NCBI GenBank assembly: GCA_053919585.1 | Contig: JBSSHM010000205.1 | Source: Euprymna scolopes | Lineage: Eukaryota | Reading direction: 5' to 3' (one strand) | Length of the DNA: 64,000 bases | Shown here: positions 10,259 to 19,823 of the stretch, piece after piece | Layout of the letters: the number at the start of each line of letters is the position of its first letter | Numbering within the stretch: the first letter of the stretch is position 1 | The notes under the pieces: generated by a model | What the model saw: only the letters and a program-made list of their open reading frames with translations | Databases searched by the model: none | What the model was told of the DNA's origin: nothing | Position numbers and translations under genes: made by a program

Positions 10259-10858
10259 ATGAAAGTTTACTACAAATTCAAAAACGAAGCAATTCGTAAC
10301 CTATTCGAGAATTCGAACTATAGTAACGAGAAGATTTCCAAATATCTCACCCAAAATTACCCAGAAGGATGTTTCCCTTTAGAAAAGCATCAGGGTTTGT
10401 GGGTAGAACATGTAGGGAAGGCTTACGGAGGAACTTCTCTATACTTTAGTCCTCAAGAAGTTAACGAGTTTCTAGATAAGGTTGAGGAAAACCAGAAGAC
10501 CTCGAAAACTCCAATCGATAAACCTGTTAAGGTGCGAACTAAGAACAAACTCCTCATTATGTACAAAGATGGATCTACTGTTATCATAAACGGTGCAGAT
10601 AATATGAGCATCTCAAAAGGGTTGTTTAACTTTAACAAGAAACGTACGGTAGCAATCAATGATTATGTTATCAAGTCAGAAAATACTGAAGGCGCGATCC
10701 CTTTAGAACATCTGTACATGATCCATGTAGAATCTACTCCAGCCAACTTATCAGGTAGTGTAGAATTCGTAGAAGGTAAGGTAAAATCTATCAATGTGTA
10801 CGAAGATAGTGGTCAGGATATTTATTTGGGTAATTTCGCAGTTAAGATAGAAAAGTAG
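10259..10858 (+). CDS. hypothetical phage protein
   Basis: long ORF sharing a K-x-x-x-x-Y-x-D/N-G motif with 41406 and 41995. Confidence 0.7.
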   Translation: MKVYYKFKNEAIRNLFENSNYSNEKISKYLTQNYPEGCFPLEKHQGLWVEHVGKAYGGTSLYFSPQEVNEFLDKVEENQKTSKTPIDKPVKVRTKNKLLIMYKDGSTVIINGADNMSISKGLFNFNKKRTVAINDYVIKSENTEGAIPLEHLYMIHVESTPANLSGSVEFVEGKVKSINVYEDSGQDIYLGNFAVKIEK

Positions 10859-10922
10859 TTGACATCCGACTGACAATCAGTAAAATCATATCCAGATAAT
10901 CAAGAAAAAGGAGAACTTAAAC

Positions 10923-12995
10923 ATGAGTATTATTATCGCAGAATCTAAATTCGTTATTCTTCGTAACGCACTACAAGAGCGCTTCGACACGCTGACATCA
11001 GAAGGTCATAACATCTACCACTCGGCACTTACAAAAGACCAAGCGTGGGATTTATACATGACTATCGATGAAGGTGCTCCGGTATTCCGTGAACGTACTC
11101 ACCACGACTGTCAGTGTTGTAAGAGTTTTATCCGAAACGTAGGTCGCGTACTGTTCTCTCTAGAAGGTCGTCTAGTATCTATCTGGGACAGTCTTGATGT
11201 TCCGGCAGAGTACGACGATATGGTTAACCTGTTGGCAGATGCTAACCGTGAAGCAGGTATCGCAGGTATCTACTTGAATGATGAGCGTGTAGTAGGTCGT
11301 CTTCAATCTCACGAACAGCTACCGGACGGTAAAGTGCACACTTGGGAACACTTCCAAGTTACTCTTCCAGACGTGGCGTACTGTACCTCGGGTAGCATTG
11401 CGACTCATAAGGGTACTGCACAAACTAGTGAGAAAGTACTACGTCGTTCGGTAGAAGAAATCAGCGAATCAGCAGTAGAACAGGTAATCGAACTGTGTGA
11501 AGCAGACTTGATCCTACGTAGCTCTCAGCAACTTCCAGTTGTTAAAGGTCTACAGAAACTACAGCAACAAGCTAAAGATGCTCCGGAGTACCGCGTATTC
11601 TTCTGGGATACCACGGTAGAGTACATCGCAAAAGGTTTCAACTGTAACATCCGCGGTTCATCTATCGGTACTCTTCTAGTAGACCTTACTGAAGGTGTAG
11701 ATCTAGAGGTAGCGGTTAAGAAGTACGAAGACAAGACTAACGGTGCAAACTACATGCGCTCTAAGCCTCTGTTCACTCAGAAACAGAAAGACGACGCGAT
11801 TACAATGGCTAAGAAAGAAGGGTACGAACCATCATTCTACCGCCGTCACGCAGTTAAATCAGATATCTCAGTACTTGACGTACTGTTTGCAGATGGTACT
11901 GTTACACCTCAGATGGCTGATAGCCCGTTCGATGTGCTGGCTCCTGTACAGAAGACTAAGAAGCCTAACTTTGACCGCGTGAAAGAAGTAGGTATCGAAG
12001 AGTTCATCACCAAGATCCTGCCTAACTCGGAGTCGGTGGAACTGTTCCTAGAGAACAAGCACGAAGCTAATCTAGTCTCACTGGTTACCGCGGTACATCC
12101 AGACGCACCTACTATCATGAAATGGGGTAACAACACTTCATGGGATTTCAACGGTGGTTACGCAGACTCTGTTATTGCAGAGCGTGTAGCAGCTAAAGGT
12201 GGTAAGGTTGATGCAGATATTCGTGTATCGATGGCTTGGTCTCATCGTGATGACCTAGACCTTCACATGGAGAACACTTACCGTCAGCATGTATACTACG
12301 GCGCGTATTGTTATGGTTCGCTGTCACAAGATACCCTTAATCTTGATGTAGATATGCGAGGAGAAGAGTTCCACCAAGTAGAGAACATGACAATCGTGGA
12401 TCCTAGTAAGCTTTTACCTAATAGTAAACTACCTATCTCGGTTCATAACTACAGTGAGGAGTACCCACGAGCAGGTGATCCAGAACGTGTAGAAGGTTTT
12501 GAGATTGAAGTAGAGATCTTCGGAGAACTCCATTCAGTCAAGGTTACGAATAAGCTTCGTGATGGTGGTAAGGTGAATGTAGGCGAACTTGTTGTAGATG
12601 GTCAAGGTAATGTAACGTTTAACCCGTTTATGCCTTCAGAATCCACTACAACGCCTCGTAAGCTATGGAACGTTATGTCTTGTGCATTTGTTCCGGTTGA
12701 GATGGTAATGCGCTCTCCGAACTTCTGGGACAGTGCTGACAAAGGTGGTAATGAGTTCGTATTCTTCATGTTAGACGATTGTAAGAATCCGGATCCGGTA
12801 CAAGGTTTCTACAATGAGTATCTATCACAGGAATTCCGACCACACCGTAAAGTGTTCGAGATGCTAGGTTCAATGATGAAAGCGCCTTACTCTGATGAGC
12901 AATTGTCAGGTGTAGGTTTCTCGAAGAGCCAACGCAACGATGTAGTTCTACGTGTTACTGGTGAAACTACGCGAGTGTTTAAAGTTAAGTTCTAA
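10923..12995 (+). CDS. large conserved phage protein (HDCxCC motif, SMAW..DDLDLH domain)
   Basis: 690 aa, own promoter (TTGACA..TAAAAT) and SD. Confidence 0.8.
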   Translation: MSIIIAESKFVILRNALQERFDTLTSEGHNIYHSALTKDQAWDLYMTIDEGAPVFRERTHHDCQCCKSFIRNVGRVLFSLEGRLVSIWDSLDVPAEYDDMVNLLADANREAGIAGIYLNDERVVGRLQSHEQLPDGKVHTWEHFQVTLPDVAYCTSGSIATHKGTAQTSEKVLRRSVEEISESAVEQVIELCEADLILRSSQQLPVVKGLQKLQQQAKDAPEYRVFFWDTTVEYIAKGFNCNIRGSSIGTLLVDLTEGVDLEVAVKKYEDKTNGANYMRSKPLFTQKQKDDAITMAKKEGYEPSFYRRHAVKSDISVLDVLFADGTVTPQMADSPFDVLAPVQKTKKPNFDRVKEVGIEEFITKILPNSESVELFLENKHEANLVSLVTAVHPDAPTIMKWGNNTSWDFNGGYADSVIAERVAAKGGKVDADIRVSMAWSHRDDLDLHMENTYRQHVYYGAYCYGSLSQDTLNLDVDMRGEEFHQVENMTIVDPSKLLPNSKLPISVHNYSEEYPRAGDPERVEGFEIEVEIFGELHSVKVTNKLRDGGKVNVGELVVDGQGNVTFNPFMPSESTTTPRKLWNVMSCAFVPVEMVMRSPNFWDSADKGGNEFVFFMLDDCKNPDPVQGFYNEYLSQEFRPHRKVFEMLGSMMKAPYSDEQLSGVGFSKSQRNDVVLRVTGETTRVFKVKF

Positions 12996-13064
12996 AAGTC
13001 CTTGACTTAAGAAACAAGGACGGGTATCTTAATACTCGTCCGGTTAACAAACAAAGAGGGTAAT

Positions 13065-13331
13065 ATGAATCGTATTCAAGTAACACATGACGCAACAGGT
13101 AAACGAGTACACGACTTCCTAGTACAGACGGAAGAAGGACGTTTCGGCTGGATTTCTGAGAAAGAGCGAGTGAATCTGGTTTACGGAAAAGAGCGCAACC
13201 ATTTCTCCTCAATCCGTCCGATAAAAGTAGTTGACTTACCAGATTTATGTAGTAATCTTGGTATGGAAGTTACGTTAGAATCTTGTAACGCTTTATGTTA
13301 CGCCCTAGATGAATCAATTCATAATCAATAA
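13065..13331 (+). CDS. hypothetical phage protein
   Basis: promoter and SD. Confidence 0.6.
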   Translation: MNRIQVTHDATGKRVHDFLVQTEEGRFGWISEKERVNLVYGKERNHFSSIRPIKVVDLPDLCSNLGMEVTLESCNALCYALDESIHNQ

Positions 13332-13342
13332 GGAGAAACACC

Positions 13343-13756
13343 ATGACAAACATTATCCACGAAGCAGCAAAAACAGGTCTTGTAATCCCAACAGAGCGCG
13401 GTATGCGTAATGTGGTAGAACTTTACAAACTACCATTGACAGGTGAATACTCTCTTGATAGTATCAGTCGTGAGTTCTTGGTACGTATCAAACAGAATGA
13501 CCAAGCGTCACTAGTTGTTCAAAGCGGTGGTATCAGTCCTTTAGATCAATTCCGCCTAGATGTTCTTAAGCAGGTTATCGCAGACCTACAAGAGAAAGCG
13601 GCAGCAGAAGAACAAGCCCGTGTTAAAGAACTAGGTAAAGCTGCACGTCGCCAAGAACTACTAGCACAAAAGGCAGAGCTTCAGAAAGAAGCTACTCGTG
13701 GCATGACTCAAGAAGAAGTTGACGCAGAACTAGCAGAGCTAGACAAGGAGGCTTAA
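13343..13756 (+). CDS. coiled-coil phage protein
   Basis: AAGGAG SD, helical C-terminus. Confidence 0.75.
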   Translation: MTNIIHEAAKTGLVIPTERGMRNVVELYKLPLTGEYSLDSISREFLVRIKQNDQASLVVQSGGISPLDQFRLDVLKQVIADLQEKAAAEEQARVKELGKAARRQELLAQKAELQKEATRGMTQEEVDAELAELDKEA

Positions 13757-13757
13757 G

Positions 13758-13916
13758 GTGGGTACTACTTTCGATGTAAACTGGATGTGCGGTGAAGTTG
13801 TAATCCAGCAGGTTTACTCAGGTAACTGCTTCGAAGCGGCACTAACAGCCTTTATTAAGGCTCGTGGTAATAAACCTGAAGGTGCGTATTTCTTAGAAAT
13901 TATCGACCGCACTTAA
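13758..13916 (+). CDS. small hypothetical protein (52 aa)
   Basis: GGAGG SD plus GTG, fills the intergenic gap. Confidence 0.5.
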   Translation: MGTTFDVNWMCGEVVIQQVYSGNCFEAALTAFIKARGNKPEGAYFLEIIDRT

Positions 13917-13952
13917 TCGACAAATCGTTAAATTATTTTAGAAGGAGGGCAT

Positions 13953-14498
13953 ATGCCATTAGTTATCCCAGAATACTACACAGACATGTCAGACAAACGT
14001 CTAAACAAACGTGGTCGTGCGTTGTTCGCGGTGAAATTCCATCTTGAAGGTATGGAAGACCAATATATTGCACTTGCCCTTAACATCCCACAAGAACGCT
14101 TGCACCGTCTTTACGGAGAAGTAGTGGGACTTCTAGGATACTTCGATATGTACGAGAAAGGTACTCAAGCAGAACTAATTTTAACTCTTCATAGTCAAGA
14201 GATTAAAGTTAAGACTGAAGTCCTTATCGCAAAGCACGGAGACAAAATCTTCACCAAGGAACCTCTACCTGTCAAAGGTAAGAAGAAGAAGAAGAAAAAG
14301 GAAAAGTACGACCTAGTACCTGTCAAGGTTAACCCTGAATTTGTAAGGGATAATCAGTACCACGAAGGGTATAAGGTAGTACGTGAAGACTCCAACCCTG
14401 AAGGTTTCGAATACTTCATGGGTCTTCACGGCACACCTATGGTAAGTACTTTCCCTAGCGGTATGCGATGCTTTGTTTTGATGAAGGTCGAAAAATAA
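13953..14498 (+). CDS. hypothetical protein with a poly-Lys tract, possibly DNA-binding
   Basis: SD, KGKKKKKKKEK. Confidence 0.7.
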   Translation: MPLVIPEYYTDMSDKRLNKRGRALFAVKFHLEGMEDQYIALALNIPQERLHRLYGEVVGLLGYFDMYEKGTQAELILTLHSQEIKVKTEVLIAKHGDKIFTKEPLPVKGKKKKKKKEKYDLVPVKVNPEFVRDNQYHEGYKVVREDSNPEGFEYFMGLHGTPMVSTFPSGMRCFVLMKVEK

Positions 14499-14566
14499 TT
14501 TGACTTCCTAGTCCCCTTTGATTAGTATTAGTCGTGAAGATTGGTACTGGCAAAGGGGATTTTTAT

Positions 14567-15328
14567 ATGCTGAAATTCATTATCTACTCTCGAAAATCTA
14601 AGAACTCTCAGTCTGGACACACTCAGCACACCCACCTTACTGCTGAATGGGAGATCAATAACTACCTACAAACTCTAGATGCACAAGGTATCCAGTATGA
14701 GGTAGTAGACTCTTACCAAGAAGATTTCTCAGGAGGTGGTTACTACACTCGCAGACCAATCTTTAAATCTATCGTAGACCGTTGTAAGGCAGACCGTTCG
14801 CTAACACTACTAGCCTCTAAAGCTGACCGTATAGCGCGTGATGCTTGGACAGGTGCGGAACTAATCAAAACTATCAATATGGTTATTGCTGCTAACCCTG
14901 ACGCCGATGACACTATGAAACAACTACTGTTTGTGATGGCTGAGAGCGAATATAACAACACTTCTAACCGATTCAAGGCAATGTACCAAGCAAAGCTTAA
15001 ACGTGCGGAGGATGCAAGAGAGGACGTTGTATGGGGGGGTTCAAGTCCTAAGTGGCAAGAGTCTTTTGCCAAGAACAAAGAGAATCATAAACCTAAGAGT
15101 CACCACGTACAAGCTAACAAAGCTATCCAGCCTGTAGTACAGACAGTAAAGGATATGATCGAATTCAGTGAAAACCGTTTGACAATGCGAGAGATTGCAA
15201 GTAAGCTTAACTCTCGTGGTATTACAACACCTCGTGGTGCACAGTGGACACAAGCAGCGATAAGCCGCCTAGTATCACGTCACAAGATCAACTATGTAAA
15301 CAAACCAAAAGGAGCACAATATGCTTAA
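14567..15328 (+). CDS. serine recombinase (resolvase catalytic domain plus short recombinase DNA-binding domain)
   Basis: IYSRKS catalytic motif, SKADRIARD, EIASKLNSRGITTPRGAQWT. Confidence 0.85.
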   Translation: MLKFIIYSRKSKNSQSGHTQHTHLTAEWEINNYLQTLDAQGIQYEVVDSYQEDFSGGGYYTRRPIFKSIVDRCKADRSLTLLASKADRIARDAWTGAELIKTINMVIAANPDADDTMKQLLFVMAESEYNNTSNRFKAMYQAKLKRAEDAREDVVWGGSSPKWQESFAKNKENHKPKSHHVQANKAIQPVVQTVKDMIEFSENRLTMREIASKLNSRGITTPRGAQWTQAAISRLVSRHKINYVNKPKGAQYA

Positions 15329-15782
15329 TGAGAGTCAAGTAGTAGCGTACCGTAAGTACTTAGAGGGCGACACTAAGCCTATGTTTTCTACAGATTTCGC
15401 AGGAAATACAACCGCGGGTTTTGGAAAACTTGATGAGTACGGATTCTTCCAGTATCCGCTTATGGTAAAAGAAGATACGGGCACGATCGTCAATGTTCCC
15501 GCGTTGATGGCTAAGGATTTCCGAAGTGCAATGTATATGGGGTATCTGATTAATGAAAGCCTTCGACTAGAAGGGTTGCCAACTATCTCCCGTGCCCATC
15601 AGATGATCGATTATACGTTCGGCTACATGTGTATAGAGATTCCAGCTAAGTCTTACTTCAACAACGAAGTGACTAATAAGATTCTGAGTTTCTTGACACA
15701 ATCTTATCCAGACTTCAACGTTATTGAGGTACTACCTTTATACCGTCCGATGGCTAAAGGATTCTCTCGTAACTACGAGTGA
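15321..15782 (+). CDS. hypothetical phage protein
   Basis: AAGGAG SD. Confidence 0.7.
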   Translation: MLNESQVVAYRKYLEGDTKPMFSTDFAGNTTAGFGKLDEYGFFQYPLMVKEDTGTIVNVPALMAKDFRSAMYMGYLINESLRLEGLPTISRAHQMIDYTFGYMCIEIPAKSYFNNEVTNKILSFLTQSYPDFNVIEVLPLYRPMAKGFSRNYE

Positions 15783-15990
15783 CAAAACGAAAATCATAAT
15801 CCAAAATTGACAATTGACAAAATGATTTTTAATTTTCCAAAATTCGAAAGTACCTAATGGAAAATTCATATTAGAAAACCCGTTTTCTCCCGAGCATTCA
15901 CATGTTCGGGGGGTTTTCATATCCACACTTTCATATCCTATAAATCCTACACAACAACACTCTTCAAATCTCAATTTTTATGGAACGGTG

Positions 15991-16122
15991 TACGGTAAAA
16001 GTTTTTATGGAGCTCTGTACTGTAAAACTTACAACATACTGTACTGTAAAAGTTTACAAGATATCATACTGTATAAAATAAAATACCCGTGCTATGTAAA
16101 ATACAACATACAATACTGTATA
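15991..16122 (+). repeat. cluster of TAC(T/G)GTA(A/T)A repeats at the left border of the island
   Basis: copies at 15991, 16018, 16042, 16067 and 16114. Confidence 0.6.
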
Positions 16123-16146
16123 CAATGCAAACCTTACGGAGTACGG

Positions 16147-16162
16147 TGTGACGTGGATCACA
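16147..16162. promoter_or_regulatory. CRP-type box
   Basis: TGTGA-CGTGGA-TCACA. Confidence 0.7.
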
Positions 16163-16266
16163 TTTTTATACGTCGCGCACTCTTTATAGCTACCATGGCA
16201 ACTAAAGCGCGAAGCCCATCGCTATCTGACCTGATTTTGTTTTGTCCTCCCTTAACCTTTGATACT

Positions 16267-16309
16267 AGTATAGCCGAACCACCTATAAAAACAAGTGATC
16301 CGGCTCACA
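16267..16309 (-). promoter_or_regulatory. leftward class II CRP-type promoter
   Basis: minus strand TGTGA-GCCGGA-TCACT, 21 bp, TATACT. Confidence 0.7.
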
Positions 16310-16313
16310 GTTC

Positions 16314-16541
16314 CTATACTAAAGTTTTTTCATGTTCCTTTACAAACTTAAGAATCTCCCTATGTTGGTTAGGTGCGGTCTTTCCGATCCAAGTCTTACG
16401 ACTTCCTAGCTTACTAGTAGTACAGATAAAAACCTTACCCGATTTAGTATTAACATCATAGCGTTTTGTACCGTTAACTAGTACCGTAAAATATTCTTTA
16501 TAAAAAGGGTGTTGACTTGTAACCTTTATAGAATGAAACAT
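16314..16541 (-). CDS. hypothetical phage protein
   Basis: 75 aa, downstream of a leftward promoter. Confidence 0.6.
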   Translation of the reverse strand: MFHSIKVTSQHPFYKEYFTVLVNGTKRYDVNTKSGKVFICTTSKLGSRKTWIGKTAPNQHREILKFVKEHEKTLV

Positions 16542-16573
16542 AATACTTACTCTTTGTTTGTGAATGTATGCCC

Positions 16574-16690
16574 ACTATACCTAGGTATATAGCAAGGTGT
16601 TAGGGTGTTAGTATCAAACTGTGACATCTGTCACTAAAAACTATCAAGGTTTAAGTTTCTATTGTACTTAGCATATAAGCCGCGTATATT
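16574..16690. promoter_or_regulatory. divergent promoters sharing a CRP box at 16620-16635
   Basis: TGTGA-CATCTG-TCACT. Leftward TATAGT is 40 bp away. Rightward TTGTAC-N17-TATATT. Confidence 0.6.
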
Positions 16691-16728
16691 TACCTTATCG
16701 AAACAACACAACAAAGAGAGTCATTACC

Positions 16729-17373
16729 ATGTACAACACTAAAAACATGCAAACAACACCACGTACAGCGGCGGGAAATTTTGAGGCTAAATTGTCTCAC
16801 ATTGTATTTAATGACCGTGAGACGGGTTCACTTAAAGCCTTACCAGATCACCACTTAAACCGCGTTACAGGGTACAACCGTAAGCAAGCGGATCTATACT
16901 TCCATAACCCTGATCATTTAGTCGATAATCAGGAACCAGAGTTTAATATATTATCGATCAACTATGTAGAATACGTGGGACTCCGTAAACCTTGTAATGA
17001 TTTACGATACTTTATATTTATGATTGATGCCTTGATCGGTACTGTAGATCGTGAGACAGAGAAACGATACTTAAAACCTTCCTGCGCTTACAACGTATTA
17101 CGTGAGGAGGTAGAAAACCCGAACGGCTCGCACTATAAGAGTTTTAAAAATTGGCTTAAGCTTGTAACTAAAAAGAACGTCTTTAGTATTGATGAAATCG
17201 ATATGTTATTCGATTACATGGATCGTTATTATCAAGCTATGAAACTAGTTCATGAACTACTAACAGGCGGTTTATGGGGTGGTGCTTGGTGTTCATTAGG
17301 CACTATTGAGAACTTGCGATCGCAGCTAAATACTAAAACTAAGGTGTTAGAAGCGGATCCACATAATTATTAA
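16729..17373 (+). CDS. hypothetical protein (island)
   Basis: 214 aa ORF. Confidence 0.75.
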   Translation: MYNTKNMQTTPRTAAGNFEAKLSHIVFNDRETGSLKALPDHHLNRVTGYNRKQADLYFHNPDHLVDNQEPEFNILSINYVEYVGLRKPCNDLRYFIFMIDALIGTVDRETEKRYLKPSCAYNVLREEVENPNGSHYKSFKNWLKLVTKKNVFSIDEIDMLFDYMDRYYQAMKLVHELLTGGLWGGAWCSLGTIENLRSQLNTKTKVLEADPHNY

Positions 17374-17379
17374 CCAAGA

Positions 17380-17421
17380 TGTGACATAGGTCACTGTTAT
17401 TATTTATCAGTGACCTATAAT
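17380..17421 (+). promoter_or_regulatory. class II CRP-type promoter with hairpin
   Basis: TGTGA-CATAGG-TCACT, 20 bp, TATAAT. Confidence 0.8.
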
Positions 17422-17453
17422 TAAAACTCATTCAACAACTAAGAGTACCTGTT

Positions 17454-17711
17454 ATGACAACTAAGTTTCACGCACTACAACTTAACAAAACTTTAGAGAC
17501 AGCGGTTATCAATATCTCATCTCGTAATCATATCGACCTGAATACGGTTACATTTATCGGACGCGGTAACCAACGCCTATTAGTTGGAGAGCCTAAAACA
17601 GGACGTCTAGTACGTTTAAAAGTAGTATCCACGGGTGTTAAAATCGTCGCATCAGTAAATAGTGTAATGGTAGCAACTCGCACGATCAACGGTGTAGATT
17701 TAGAGGGGTAA
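17454..17711 (+). CDS. hypothetical protein (island)
   Basis: follows promoter. Confidence 0.7.
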   Translation: MTTKFHALQLNKTLETAVINISSRNHIDLNTVTFIGRGNQRLLVGEPKTGRLVRLKVVSTGVKIVASVNSVMVATRTINGVDLEG

Positions 17712-17714
17712 GTT

Positions 17715-17954
17715 ATGAGTAAGTTAATATTTGATATAGATTGGGATTCATCGTACGATTTAGATCGGATCGCGGTAAGTGCTAACTCTAATGACACTTT
17801 TATCAATGTAGGGGTTAAGGATTCTACAGTAGATCGCGCCGCATGGATTGAGCTAAACGAAAAGCAACAAATAAAACTAGTCACAGCAATATTAGAAAAC
17901 TTAACTAATAAAGGGGTGATTATCGAACAATGTGAACTAGGTCACGGTAAATAA
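17715..17954 (+). CDS. hypothetical protein (island)
   Basis: GAGGGG SD. Confidence 0.7.
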   Translation: MSKLIFDIDWDSSYDLDRIAVSANSNDTFINVGVKDSTVDRAAWIELNEKQQIKLVTAILENLTNKGVIIEQCELGHGK

Positions 17955-17972
17955 ATCTCAACACCGTATACT
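17931..17972 (+). promoter_or_regulatory. class II CRP-type promoter
   Basis: TGTGA-ACTAGG-TCACG, 20 bp, TATACT. Confidence 0.75.
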
Positions 17973-18011
17973 TAACTTAAATCGAAAACGGCAACAAATA
18001 AGGAAAGCCTA

Positions 18012-18380
18012 ATGACTCCAGAAATGAAAGCAGTACATGAAACATTATTACAACAATGGCAAGATATGCTATCACGCGGCATTATGCCTGTTATTGAACA
18101 GACTATCAAAGGCGACAACGGAGAGACAGAGCATTTAACTGTAGATCTTCTCTTGTTTGTAAAGACTGAAGAACCTAACACAAACCGAGTACCCTATGGG
18201 CTTTACTTTTCCGGTGATTTTGAAAAGGATGTACATTTTAGCGGTGACATACAAAAGCGCGGGGATATGTATTACTTACCTATCGATGAAGTATTTTCGG
18301 ATCTAGATTACTATTTACAAACGGTATCCGAAGAGATCAACGAGGGTTATATTGTACCTAATGGTTTATTTGTGAACTAG
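18012..18380 (+). CDS. acidic hypothetical protein (island)
   Basis: AAGGA SD. Confidence 0.75.
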   Translation: MTPEMKAVHETLLQQWQDMLSRGIMPVIEQTIKGDNGETEHLTVDLLLFVKTEEPNTNRVPYGLYFSGDFEKDVHFSGDIQKRGDMYYLPIDEVFSDLDYYLQTVSEEINEGYIVPNGLFVN

Positions 18381-18431
18381 ATCACACATTACTAAAAAGA
18401 GGTTTGAATATTACTGAGCCTCTTTTATAAT
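18371..18431 (+). promoter_or_regulatory. CRP box with class-I-like spacing and hairpin
   Basis: TGTGA-ACTAGA-TCACA, 39 bp, TATAAT. Stem AAAAGAGG/CCTCTTTT. Confidence 0.7.
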
Positions 18432-18467
18432 GTGAATCGTTAACCAATGACAACCGAGGAAAAGCAG

Positions 18468-18872
18468 ATGTCAAATTATACCGAACTTAAAAACCTTCTT
18501 TCTGAAAAGCTAAACACTTTTGACTTCACACTAGATGATAGCGAACAAAGTTTTAACGTCTACCCTACGTTACATGTAAACCTATTCCATGGTGATTGGG
18601 TAAGTGTTGAAGTTGCTAAAAGCGTTTACGGTAATGTGAAATATAACAACCAGTCAATACTACATGTGAAAGTGTTACTAAATGCTTGTCAAAATTTATC
18701 AGATAATCTATCTGCACATGTATCAATATGTGAAACGGATTGCGACGTGAATCCTTTCAATCTGTCAGTTATCGGGATGTGCGGTATTCATGAAGGGGAT
18801 CAAGAATTACTGCATTTTGCAGATATCCCGACACTAATTGAAGGTATCAAAAATTTTCAATTCGAGTCCTAA
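18468..18872 (+). CDS. acidic hypothetical protein (island)
   Basis: GAGGA SD. Confidence 0.7.
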   Translation: MSNYTELKNLLSEKLNTFDFTLDDSEQSFNVYPTLHVNLFHGDWVSVEVAKSVYGNVKYNNQSILHVKVLLNACQNLSDNLSAHVSICETDCDVNPFNLSVIGMCGIHEGDQELLHFADIPTLIEGIKNFQFES

Positions 18873-18874
18873 AA

Positions 18875-18917
18875 TGTGACGGCGGTCACGGTAATGTATA
18901 AAGTGATCGCCTATAAT
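18875..18917 (+). promoter_or_regulatory. class II CRP-type promoter with hairpin
   Basis: TGTGA-CGGCGG-TCACG, 21 bp, TATAAT. Confidence 0.78.
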
Positions 18918-18962
18918 TATTTCAACTTAAACAGATAGACAACTAAACAAAAGGTAAACATT

Positions 18963-19382
18963 ATGGGCGCAGGTAACCGTTACACTTTAACTGAAGATAG
19001 CAACATTTTAGCTTATCAACTTGACACGTCTTGTAATTGTTGGGAGTCAGAGATCTATGACTGCGATTGTAATGAGAACGACCGCGACGCACTAATCGAT
19101 CACATTATGGAGCTTGATATTTGCAAGCGTTACGGGCTAACAGATAGCCGCGACCAAATTTATTACGGTGAAATGTTCATGGTCACTTTTGAGAGTAGTC
19201 ATAACGGCGATGCAATCGTGATCAATTTTGAATACCAGTCAGATTTTGAGCAATACGGACTACAGGAACATAATTACGAGAAGGCATATAACAAGCTTAT
19301 CCGACACATAAATAAAGCTTTTCCGTTGTTTGTTGGTCACGGGTACACATCAAGCTTTTACGCGGTAAAAGAAATTAAATAA
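18963..19382 (+). CDS. acidic hypothetical protein (island)
   Basis: AAGGT SD, CNC..CDC motif. Confidence 0.75.
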   Translation: MGAGNRYTLTEDSNILAYQLDTSCNCWESEIYDCDCNENDRDALIDHIMELDICKRYGLTDSRDQIYYGEMFMVTFESSHNGDAIVINFEYQSDFEQYGLQEHNYEKAYNKLIRHINKAFPLFVGHGYTSSFYAVKEIK

Positions 19383-19393
19383 CTGTCAAAAAT

Positions 19394-19435
19394 TGTGATA
19401 TAGGTCACAGCAAATAAATATCAGTGACCTATAAT
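19394..19435 (+). promoter_or_regulatory. class II CRP-type promoter with hairpin
   Basis: TGTGA-TATAGG-TCACA, 20 bp, TATAAT. Confidence 0.8.
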
Positions 19436-19472
19436 TAAACCTCATCCAATATCAAGCCTTGGAGGGCTAAAC

Positions 19473-19748
19473 ATGAAAACAACAACTATCACACAACCTA
19501 CACGCAATGCGGCACGTAAACTTAAAGCGGATATGGTAGCGGCGGGAAAAATTGCAACTGTAATCGATAACGGCTCACAGTTCAAAGGGAACGATCGATG
19601 GGGTGTTAAGATTGAAGGGCGCGAAGTCCTAGCGGCACCACGTAAACCACACGGCGGGGTGAAAGTTGAAGTCTGTAATTCATCCCCTCAACATATGCGC
19701 CGCCGCGGTTTTGTAAAGGTGATGCATAAGCGTAACAAGTTGCAATAA
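19473..19748 (+). CDS. basic hypothetical protein (island)
   Basis: GGAGG SD. Confidence 0.75.
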   Translation: MKTTTITQPTRNAARKLKADMVAAGKIATVIDNGSQFKGNDRWGVKIEGREVLAAPRKPHGGVKVEVCNSSPQHMRRRGFVKVMHKRNKLQ

Positions 19749-19791
19749 TGTGAGCTAGGTCACTGTTATTTGTTTATCAGTGACCTATAAT
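19749..19791 (+). promoter_or_regulatory. class II CRP-type promoter with hairpin
   Basis: TGTGA-GCTAGG-TCACT, 21 bp, TATAAT. Confidence 0.8.
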
Positions 19792-19823
19792 TATTTCATC
19801 GAAACAGGAAGCGGAAAATTGCC

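Noticed and set aside
15738-16461. ORFs 15988-16461 (+) and 15738-15974 (-)
   Set aside because: They run through repeats and promoters or antisense to a better gene, and lack an SD.
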